The notes under the pieces were generated by a model. That model was not told the DNA's origin and made no database searches. It worked only from the letters and a program-made list of their open reading frames with translations. Shown piece by piece: positions 37,406 through 44,490 of a DNA stretch of 44,490 nucleotides. The translations under genes were made by a program, and so were the position numbers. Position 1 is the stretch's first letter. Each line of letters starts with the position of its first letter. The DNA comes from Bacteroidota bacterium (GTDB lineage: Bacteria; Bacteroidota; Bacteroidia; AKYH767-A; OLB10): assembly GCA_040007375.1 (NCBI GenBank), contig JBDTVD010000001.1, forward strand, positions 1 through 44,490, in the 5' to 3' direction.

Positions 37406-37645
37406 TCTGAACGGTGAATTGAAGAAGAGTTTAACAATATCCTGAAGTCTGCTGTAAAATCATAAAATCTATTTTATATCCTTGATTTAAACTTTGATGG
37501 TGATTGTAACAATCAGGTGTTGTTATTTTGTTTTAATGTCATATTCTGCTTTCGTTTTTTATCAGAATTTTAGTGGTATATTGCCCTATTAACGGGGAGA
37601 AAAACTACAATTTTAAAGAAGAGAGAATTGCCCCGATTTAATCGC

Positions 37646-37653
37646 TATTTTTG
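37646..37653 (+). promoter_or_regulatory. Bacteroidota -7 promoter box (TATTTTTG) upstream of the TPR gene
   Basis: Perfect TAnnTTTG 33 nt upstream of the ATG at 37687. Confidence 0.4.
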
Positions 37654-37686
37654 TGACATTCTGATCAGATATTGAAGATAAGCCTT

Positions 37687-39108
37687 ATGAGAGAAGAAGA
37701 CGATGAACTAGACAACCCGGAAGAGGACAGAGATATATTGGATAGTACAGTAAAGCGTTACGAAGAAATGCGCAAAAAGCGCGAAAGTTATTTTTTTGAT
37801 GTAGATGCTTTACAACGTATTATTGAACATTTTATCGAACGAATTGAATTTGCAAAAGCACTTGAAGTAGCCCGATACGGATTAAAACTCCATCCGGGAA
37901 CTATTCTTTTTAAAGTAAAAGAAGCACATCTTTTTGCGTTAACAGGTCAGGAAGATAAGGCACTTGAAATACTTGCTGAAGCAGAAGCTGTAAGTCCTTA
38001 TGATATAGATCTCCATCTGATACGTGGTAATATATATAATTCACTGGAACGTTATCAGGATGCTGTGAACTGTTATAAGCAGGCATTGGAGTTATCCGAT
38101 TCTCAGAAAGATGATATTTTTCTAAGTCTTGCCATTGCTCATCAGAACATGGCTGATTATTCAAAGGCCGTGGATTATTATTTCAGAACGCTGGAAGAAA
38201 ATCCCGACAATGAAATAGCGATGGAAGAGTTACTGGTGAGTCTTGAATATAGTGGAAGACTTGATGAAGGTCTTCGGTTTTTCAGCAAGCTTATTGATGA
38301 TCGTCCTTATCATTATACTGCATGGTTTTATTTAGGGAACTTATATAATAAACTCAGTCTTCACGAAAAAGCACTCAATGCATTTGATTATGCAATTCTG
38401 ATTAAAGAGGATTTTGCACCTGCACATCTTGATATGGCACATACGTTATCGATGCTTGAACGTTTTGATGATGCAATAAGTCGTTACAAAGCAGCTTTTG
38501 AATATTGTCAGCCTGATGCTTTTATATATTATAATATAGGAGAGTGTTATGAACAGCTGGAAATTTATGATGAAGCAAGAGTCTATTATAAGAAAGCTGT
38601 AAAGATGCATCCTGATATGTCACAGGCATGGTATGGAATAGGCATAACACTGGAAGGTGAAGAGCGATGGTATGAAGCTATTCATTATATAAAGAAAGCT
38701 ATTGAACTGGATGAAATGCAATCGGATTACTGGTATGCTTTAGCTGATTGTCAGTATCGTTTGAAAAATTATACTGATGCAGAAGTATGTTACCAGAGAG
38801 CTATCGATAATGATCCGGAAAATGAAGAGATATGGATTTCTTTTGCTGATATGGTAGCAGCTTTAAATCGACCTTTTGAAGCAATTGAAATGATGAACAT
38901 GGCTTTGACCTATCATCCTACAAGTGCCGAATTATTATATAGATTAGTTTGCTATTTATATATGGGTGGTTTTATTCAGGAAGCATACCAACAACTGGAT
39001 ATTGCTTTAAGTGTTGATTATAATCAGCATGAAATTATTTTTGAATTACTCCCTGCACTTGAAAAAGATCAGCAGATCATGAACAGAATTTCTAATACAC
39101 GCATTTAA
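37687..39108 (+). CDS. Tetratricopeptide repeat protein
   Basis: About 473 aa with at least eight TPR-like units (for example AWFYLGNLYNKLSLHEKALNAFDYAILI and AWYGIGITLEGEERWYEAIHYIKKAIEL). I prefer the ATG at 37687 to the upstream TTG. Confidence 0.75.
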   Translation: MREEDDELDNPEEDRDILDSTVKRYEEMRKKRESYFFDVDALQRIIEHFIERIEFAKALEVARYGLKLHPGTILFKVKEAHLFALTGQEDKALEILAEAEAVSPYDIDLHLIRGNIYNSLERYQDAVNCYKQALELSDSQKDDIFLSLAIAHQNMADYSKAVDYYFRTLEENPDNEIAMEELLVSLEYSGRLDEGLRFFSKLIDDRPYHYTAWFYLGNLYNKLSLHEKALNAFDYAILIKEDFAPAHLDMAHTLSMLERFDDAISRYKAAFEYCQPDAFIYYNIGECYEQLEIYDEARVYYKKAVKMHPDMSQAWYGIGITLEGEERWYEAIHYIKKAIELDEMQSDYWYALADCQYRLKNYTDAEVCYQRAIDNDPENEEIWISFADMVAALNRPFEAIEMMNMALTYHPTSAELLYRLVCYLYMGGFIQEAYQQLDIALSVDYNQHEIIFELLPALEKDQQIMNRISNTRI

Positions 39109-39110
39109 TT

Positions 39111-39944
39111 ATGAATAATTTCGAATTATCACATTTGCCTGATCGCACTTTAAAGCCACGAAAAGCGGGGCTTACAATGGTGATGGATAAGGGACTAAGT
39201 ATTCGTGAATGTGAGGATCTTGTAAGTGGTTCAGGTGAATATATAGATATAATTAAACTTGGCTTTGGTACTTCTCTTATTACTCCTAACCTGGAAAGAA
39301 AACTTGCTTTCTTTAAAGAAGCTGGTATTCCTGTTTATTTAGGTGGGACACTGCTGGAAGCTTTTATTATACGTGGACAGTTTGAAGATTATCTACGCCT
39401 GATTGACAAATTAAAACTGGAGTACGCAGAGGTTTCCGACGGTTCTATAACAATGCCTCACCAGGAAAAATGTTATTATATACATCGTCTGGCAAAACGT
39501 GTTACTGTTGTAAGTGAAGTTGGCTCTAAAGAAGAAGGTATTCTGATCAGGCCAAATATGTGGATTGATATGATGAAGAGTGAACTTGATGCAGGTGCAT
39601 GGAAGGTAATCGCAGAAGCGCGTGAAAGTGGTACTGTTGGAATATATCGTCCTAATGGGAAAACACACGTTGTGCTGATCAATAAGATTGTAGCAAAAGT
39701 TCCTGCTGAGAAAATTATTTGGGAAACACCACAGAAATCACAGCAGGCTTATTTTATCAAGCATTTCGGAGCAAACGTTAACCTTGGAAATATTGCTCCG
39801 AATGAAGTGATTCCCCTGGAAACATTACGACTTGGTTTAAGGAGTGATACATTTTTTCAATACCTGGATAAAACGATGCAGAATTCCCGTCAGGCTCCTG
39901 CACCACAACCGGAAGGAAAACAAAACAAAGCATCTGTAGAATAA
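39111..39944 (+). CDS. comA: (2R)-phospho-3-sulfolactate synthase (ComA family)
   Basis: 277 aa. LPDRTLKPRKAGLTMVMDKGL, YIDIIKLGFGTS, YLGGTLLE and EVSDGSI match the ComA/YitD TIM-barrel family. Confidence 0.75.
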   Translation: MNNFELSHLPDRTLKPRKAGLTMVMDKGLSIRECEDLVSGSGEYIDIIKLGFGTSLITPNLERKLAFFKEAGIPVYLGGTLLEAFIIRGQFEDYLRLIDKLKLEYAEVSDGSITMPHQEKCYYIHRLAKRVTVVSEVGSKEEGILIRPNMWIDMMKSELDAGAWKVIAEARESGTVGIYRPNGKTHVVLINKIVAKVPAEKIIWETPQKSQQAYFIKHFGANVNLGNIAPNEVIPLETLRLGLRSDTFFQYLDKTMQNSRQAPAPQPEGKQNKASVE

Positions 39945-39954
39945 TATTTTATAT

Positions 39955-40272
39955 ATGAAAGAAATTACAGTTTCGGAATTAAAAGCTATGCGCGATAGTG
40001 GAGAAGATTTTCAACTGATTGATGTGCGCGAACCTCATGAATTCGATATTGCCAATATTGGTGGAGAGTTGATTCCGATGGCAACAGCAGTTCATTCGGC
40101 AGATAAAATCGCAACAGATAAAAAGGTAATTATACATTGTAGAAGTGGTGCAAGAAGTGGAGCAGTTATCAAGCATCTGGAATCAACTTTTGGTATGGAG
40201 AATTTATATAATCTGAAAGGCGGAATCATGGCCTGGTCAAAAGAGATTGATCCATCACTACAGGTAAGTTAA
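39955..40272 (+). CDS. Rhodanese-like sulfurtransferase domain protein
   Basis: 105 aa with the active-site loop HCRSGARS, preceded by LIDVREPHEF. Confidence 0.8.
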   Translation: MKEITVSELKAMRDSGEDFQLIDVREPHEFDIANIGGELIPMATAVHSADKIATDKKVIIHCRSGARSGAVIKHLESTFGMENLYNLKGGIMAWSKEIDPSLQVS

Positions 40273-40282
40273 AGAAGAAGAT

Positions 40283-40939
40283 ATGAACGATTTTTTTACT
40301 GAGTTACAGAATTTATTCCTGCATATATATCATCTGGATTTTGAATGGCTTTTCACTAATTACAATACAACAATTTATTATATATTATTTGCTGTAATAT
40401 TTATTGAAACAGGATTGGTAATCTGGCCTTTTTTACCGGGAGATTCATTGCTCTTTACAGCAGGTTTATTTGCACGTGCCGGATATCTTGATATTTCACT
40501 AGTAATTACTTTACTTTTTATTGCAGCTGTTTTAGGGGATAACTCCAATTATTTCATTGGAAGGAAACTTGGATTGAAGGTGTTGAAATGGAAGTTCAAA
40601 GGGAAAGTAGTTGTTAAACAGAAATACCTGGATGAAACACATTTATTCTTCGAAAGGTACGGCCCAAAAGCAATCATATTGGCACGTTTCGTTCCTATTG
40701 TAAGAACATTCACTCCATTCGTTGCCGGAATAGCAGAGATGAAATACAAAACATTCTTTCTCTTTGATCTGCTTGGTGGATTCATCTGGATTTTCAGTCT
40801 TACTATAGCAGGATATTTACTCGGTAATTTTGAAATCATCCGTAAGAATATTGAGACTGTTGCACTGATCATTGTTTTCATCTCAGTTCTGCCTATCATC
40901 ATTGAACTGATCAGAAAAAAGTTTGCTAAAGCATCTTGA
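40283..40939 (+). CDS. DedA/VTT-family inner membrane protein
   Basis: 218 aa with FIETGLVIWPFLPGDSLLFTAG and the ARFVPIVRTFTPFVAG motif typical of DedA. Confidence 0.8.
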   Translation: MNDFFTELQNLFLHIYHLDFEWLFTNYNTTIYYILFAVIFIETGLVIWPFLPGDSLLFTAGLFARAGYLDISLVITLLFIAAVLGDNSNYFIGRKLGLKVLKWKFKGKVVVKQKYLDETHLFFERYGPKAIILARFVPIVRTFTPFVAGIAEMKYKTFFLFDLLGGFIWIFSLTIAGYLLGNFEIIRKNIETVALIIVFISVLPIIIELIRKKFAKAS

Positions 40940-40948
40940 TATATAATA

Positions 40949-41689
40949 GTGGATCATTACGGTTTAATAGGAGGTAAGCTCTCACATTCTTTTTCTGCTT
41001 CATGGTTTTCCGATAAGTTTAAGAGGGAATCAATTGATGCTGCTTATGAAAATTATGAACTCACATCAGCTGATGAACTTCCTGCATTAATTCAGAAAGT
41101 TGAAAATCTTCGCGGTTTAAATGTTACTATTCCTTTTAAAAAATCAATCATTCCCTTTCTTGATGAATTACATTCTTCAGCAGCAGAATGTGGTGCCGTC
41201 AATACCATCAAAATAGAACGAAGTAACAATACTGTTAAGCTAATTGGATACAATACTGATGGACCTGCATTTTATGTATCACTATCTCCATTACTTAAAC
41301 AATCGCATAAAAAAGCTTTAATATTAGGAACAGGTGGTGCAGCAGGAGCAGTTTCTGCAGTTTTAAATATGATATGTGTACCTTCCATTTTAATATCCAG
41401 ATTTAAGGATAATGGATTTCCTGTTTATGCTGATATTAATGAACGGGTGATGCAGGAATACACCCTGGTAATTAATTGCACACCGATTGGAATGTTCCCT
41501 GATCAAAACAATTTTCCTGAACTACCTTATCACTCTTTTTCTGAAGCTCACATTGCATATGATCTTATATATAATCCTGCTGAAACTATGTTTATGAAAC
41601 AGGCTGCATCTTTCGGTGCTACTGTAAAAAACGGACTTGATATGTTACATCGCCAGGCAGAACTTGCATGGCAGATTTGGAATAGTTAG
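40949..41689 (+). CDS. aroE: Shikimate dehydrogenase
   Basis: 246 aa with a GTG start. Motifs are YGLIGGKLSHSFS, LNVTIPFK, GAVNTI, NTDG and GTGGAAGA. Confidence 0.8.
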   Translation: MDHYGLIGGKLSHSFSASWFSDKFKRESIDAAYENYELTSADELPALIQKVENLRGLNVTIPFKKSIIPFLDELHSSAAECGAVNTIKIERSNNTVKLIGYNTDGPAFYVSLSPLLKQSHKKALILGTGGAAGAVSAVLNMICVPSILISRFKDNGFPVYADINERVMQEYTLVINCTPIGMFPDQNNFPELPYHSFSEAHIAYDLIYNPAETMFMKQAASFGATVKNGLDMLHRQAELAWQIWNS

Positions 41690-41807
41690 CTCTGGAATTT
41701 TATGAAGTTCTCTAAAAACTAAAAATCAGGATTATTGTCATCTCTTAATAAAGCAAAAAAAAAGGACCTTATATATAAAGCCCTTTTTGATGAGTATATT
41801 TTAATGA

Positions 41808-42686
41808 TCAGAAAGAAACAGTAATTCTGTCCGGATCAATTTCTGCAGGCCGAACTGTCATAATCGGAATTTTACTTTGATTAACAACCTTCGTTGCATA
41901 GGTTCCCAGTAATAAACCTGTTATGGATGGCTCCTGTTCTGTCATAATTATTACAAGATCAGCATCCAGTTGGGTTGCCGTCGCTAAAGTAAGTTTTGCA
42001 AGATCATCACCTACAACAAGTGTGCTTTCACAAACTATATTATGAGTGCTGAGAAATTCAACAACCTGTTCTACTTTGATTCTGAATTTACGTTGATAAT
42101 CTTCATTTTTTGACTGCATGATACCAACTACAAAAACATGAGCATTATAAACCGTAGCAATTTCCATTGCAAAATTAACTTTCTGTCTTGATTCAGGAGA
42201 ATCATCAATGGGCAATACTATTCGTGTAAATCCTATTTTCTTTGAATGCGACTGCACTGAAATTACAGGAATATTCGATTCCATTACCACCTTTGCAGTG
42301 TTACTTCCAACAACACTACTCCCTCCTGAAGAACCATGCGTTCCCATTATTATTAAATCACTGTGTGTTTGTTTTGCATTATGCACAATGCGTTTATATA
42401 TTTTACCTACATCAGTGAGTACATGTGCAACAACACCATTTTCCTGGTGCAGACGATCAGCCAACTCACGAAGTTTTTCATTGGATGCTGTTTCCACTTT
42501 TTTCTCAAATCCACTTAATGCATGACTGATTGCGGAAGTGAACGTTAATGTTTCAACAATATGTAGCAGTGTGATTTCTGCTTTTAATAATTTGGCCATA
42601 AACACGGCATGTTCAAGGCTTAGATCTGCCGTCTCTGAAAAATCATAGGGTATTAAAATTTTCTTGATACGAAAGTCTTTTTGCAT
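41808..42686 (-). CDS. Universal stress protein (tandem double USP domain)
   Basis: 292 aa with two USP halves, each ending in a G-x2-G-x9-GS-type ATP-binding motif (MGTHGSSGGSSVVGSNTAKV; the second half has ITGLLLGTYATKVV). Confidence 0.8.
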   Translation of the reverse strand: MQKDFRIKKILIPYDFSETADLSLEHAVFMAKLLKAEITLLHIVETLTFTSAISHALSGFEKKVETASNEKLRELADRLHQENGVVAHVLTDVGKIYKRIVHNAKQTHSDLIIMGTHGSSGGSSVVGSNTAKVVMESNIPVISVQSHSKKIGFTRIVLPIDDSPESRQKVNFAMEIATVYNAHVFVVGIMQSKNEDYQRKFRIKVEQVVEFLSTHNIVCESTLVVGDDLAKLTLATATQLDADLVIIMTEQEPSITGLLLGTYATKVVNQSKIPIMTVRPAEIDPDRITVSF

Positions 42687-42705
42687 GGCTGTTGATTTTA
42701 TGTGA

Positions 42706-43584
42706 TTAGCTTATGGTGAATTCCATGGTATCTTTTCGCTCTATCGGCCTGATACTGCAAACAGGAATCTCACTGTTATTTATGATTTCCTGTGATGCAG
42801 TTCCGATAAAATATTCTGTCCAGATTAACTCCTGTTGTGTCATTATCATGATCAGATCAGCTTCTGATTTTTTCGCGTATATTAATATCTCTTCCGCAAT
42901 ATCTTTTCCATGTACTAATTCACCGGTAACCTTTAATTGATGTGAAGATATAAATTCTGTTACCTGATCCATTTGTCTCGTCAATTTATTTACAAGGAAC
43001 TCATCCGATGTATCTATTACAGAAATTACTTTCACAGCTGAACTGAAGAACCTGGCGATTTCAATACACTTTACAACTTTCTCCTTGGTTTCTCTCCTGA
43101 AATCAAGTGGTAACACGATGGTTTTGCAACCTTTTCTGTGTTCCTTTCCTTTAATGGTAATTACAGGACAATGTGCTTCATTGATTACTCTAACGGCGTT
43201 TGATCCGATAAATTTCTTTTTTATTGTACTTTCTCCAGACGTACCCATTATTATAAATGCAGCGGAAAGCTCTTCAGCTACTTTTACAATCTCCTCATAA
43301 ATCTTGCCTTTTTCTATTCGGGTTTTTATTGATATACCGGAATTTGTAAAAGCTTCCACGGCCAGTTTATCCAGCTCTGTCTGAATGCCCGTACGCAATA
43401 AAGATTCCTGCGTTTCATGGCTGGTAAAAAGATTCATCACATTGCTTAATAAAGTGGAATCAATTACATAAACAAGTGTGATGTCAGATCCGGTTATTCT
43501 TGCCAGATTGTATGTTTGACCTAATGCTATTATCGATTGCTCTGAAAAATCTACGGGTACTACAATATGGTTTTGTAATGTCAT
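42706..43584 (-). CDS. Universal stress protein (tandem double USP domain), paralog of the adjacent gene
   Basis: 292 aa with the same two-domain layout (MGTSGESTIKKKFIGSNAVRV; TEYFIGTASQEII). It ends 19 nt upstream of the next USP gene. Confidence 0.8.
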   Translation of the reverse strand: MTLQNHIVVPVDFSEQSIIALGQTYNLARITGSDITLVYVIDSTLLSNVMNLFTSHETQESLLRTGIQTELDKLAVEAFTNSGISIKTRIEKGKIYEEIVKVAEELSAAFIIMGTSGESTIKKKFIGSNAVRVINEAHCPVITIKGKEHRKGCKTIVLPLDFRRETKEKVVKCIEIARFFSSAVKVISVIDTSDEFLVNKLTRQMDQVTEFISSHQLKVTGELVHGKDIAEEILIYAKKSEADLIMIMTQQELIWTEYFIGTASQEIINNSEIPVCSIRPIERKDTMEFTIS

Positions 43585-43609
43585 ATTACATTAGTTTCTA
43601 TTTTCGTTA

Positions 43610-43617
43610 CAAATTTA
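43610..43617 (-). promoter_or_regulatory. Bacteroidota -7 promoter box (TAAATTTG) upstream of the USP pair
   Basis: CAAATTTA on the + strand, 25 nt upstream of the ATG at 43584. Confidence 0.4.
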
Positions 43618-43627
43618 TTGAAAACAA

Positions 43628-44490
43628 ATGCAAAAGATACCCGAATCGGAACTAATTCTGAACAATGATGGCAGTGTTTATCACTTGAATCTGCTACCAC
43701 ATGATATCAGTAATAAAATTATTAATGTGGGTGATCCTGACAGAGTATCAATGGTGAGCAATTATTTTGATTCTATAGAAATAAAGAAACAGAAACGGGA
43801 GTTTGTTACTCACACCGGAACTTATAAAGGGAAAAGAATAACTGTATTATCAACCGGAATTGGAACTGATAATATTGATATTGTTTACAACGAACTGGAT
43901 GCATTGGTAAATATTGATCTTAAAACAAGGATGATAAAGGAAGATAAAACTTCTTTGGAATTGGTGAGGATCGGTACCAGTGGCGCATTGCAGGAAGATA
44001 TACCTGTTGATTCTTTTGTATGTTCCACACATGGTTTGGGTTTAGATGGACTGCTTAATTTTTATGAGCTCGAAAATGATGATGAGGAGCAGGAAATCAT
44101 TGAAGCATTTCGTCAGCATTATCCGAACAATAGTATTTTCCCGGAATCCTACCTTGCTAAAGGTTCTTCGGTACTTTTTAAAAGACTTGGTGAAGGAATG
44201 CATTCCGGAATAACAGCATCCTGCTCCGGTTTTTATGCGCCACAAATGCGACAGTTACGACTGAAGCCTTCACGCATGGATATGATCAGTAAATTAACTT
44301 CATTCCGTTTTGGAGATAACAGGGTTACTAATTTCGAAATGGAAACTGGTGCTATGTATGGTCTGGCTAAACTTCTTGGTCATCATTGCTGTGCCGTAAA
44401 TGTGATTGTTGCAAACAGAATCATACAGCAGTTTTCAAAAAAGTATCAGGAAAAAATGCACGAACTGATTGAAACAACATTAAACAGATT
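43628..44490 (+). CDS. Nucleoside phosphorylase (PNP/UDP family 1), 3' end cut by the window edge
   Basis: Absent from the ORF track because no stop is reached. My translation from the ATG at 43628 reads MQKIPESELILNNDGSVYHLNLLPHDISNKIINVGDPDRVSMVSNYF...GKRITVLSTGIGTDNIDIVYNEL...RIGTSGAL and stays open to nt 44490. Confidence 0.75.
   Translation, partial: MQKIPESELILNNDGSVYHLNLLPHDISNKIINVGDPDRVSMVSNYFDSIEIKKQKREFVTHTGTYKGKRITVLSTGIGTDNIDIVYNELDALVNIDLKTRMIKEDKTSLELVRIGTSGALQEDIPVDSFVCSTHGLGLDGLLNFYELENDDEEQEIIEAFRQHYPNNSIFPESYLAKGSSVLFKRLGEGMHSGITASCSGFYAPQMRQLRLKPSRMDMISKLTSFRFGDNRVTNFEMETGAMYGLAKLLGHHCCAVNVIVANRIIQQFSKKYQEKMHELIETTLNR

Noticed and set aside
41755-41795. A/T-flanked segment AAAAAAAAAGGACCTTATATATAAAGCCCTTTTT after aroE and the USP gene, considered as a possible bidirectional terminator.
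   Set aside because: Only about 5 bp (AAAGG/CCTTT-like) can pair, with mismatches, which is too weak to call from sequence.
1-44490. Whole-window scan for tRNA, rRNA, tmRNA, RNase P or SRP RNA signatures, transposases, integrases, phage genes, restriction-modification, toxin-antitoxin or other defence modules.
   Set aside because: I saw no T-loop GGTTCGAAT-type motifs, no conserved RNase P or SRP cores, and no ORFs with recombinase, nuclease or defence hallmarks. Every ORF above about 140 aa is accounted for by a housekeeping or plausible envelope function.

Overview
This 44.5-kb, low-GC window looks like core chromosome of a Bacteroidota bacterium. Supporting marks are a fused lpxC-fabZ, a PorX-type receiver-PglZ regulator, bamD-rpoZ-coaBC-DUF4835-recN synteny, TAnnTTTG -7 promoter boxes and no Shine-Dalgarno signals. 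It is densely packed with about 45 intact genes. These cover riboflavin (ribBA, 5' truncated), glmM, a cysteine desulfurase, a Lys/Ala-repeat histone H1-like protein and an SPT-like alpha-oxoamine synthase. They also cover fabI, rpsA, a sulfotransferase, the lipid A cluster (lpxD, lpxC-fabZ, lpxA plus an ABC ATPase), an HD hydrolase, porX, tsaE, an AlaDH-family gene, a GT9 transferase, YceI and proline dehydrogenase. The rest are a DAHPS/CM-aroB-aroA operon, a stand-alone rpoB, comA-rhodanese-DedA-aroE, two tandem double-USP genes and a 3'-truncated nucleoside phosphorylase. I found no tRNA or rRNA genes, CRISPR arrays, transposases, integrases or recognisable defence or toxin modules. I cannot point to a convincing novel multi-gene system. 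The best leads, in order: (1) a family of period-7/8 micro-tandem repeats at gene 3' ends, sharing words between loci and overlapping two stop codons. (2) rpoB uncoupled from rplKAJL and rpoC. (3) A 630-nt non-coding insertion with 12-bp inverted termini between bamD and rpoZ. (4) An orphan membrane protein splitting the HD-lpxD unit. (5) Scattered organosulfur genes. All calls rest on reading the translations and the DNA by eye; no searches were run.
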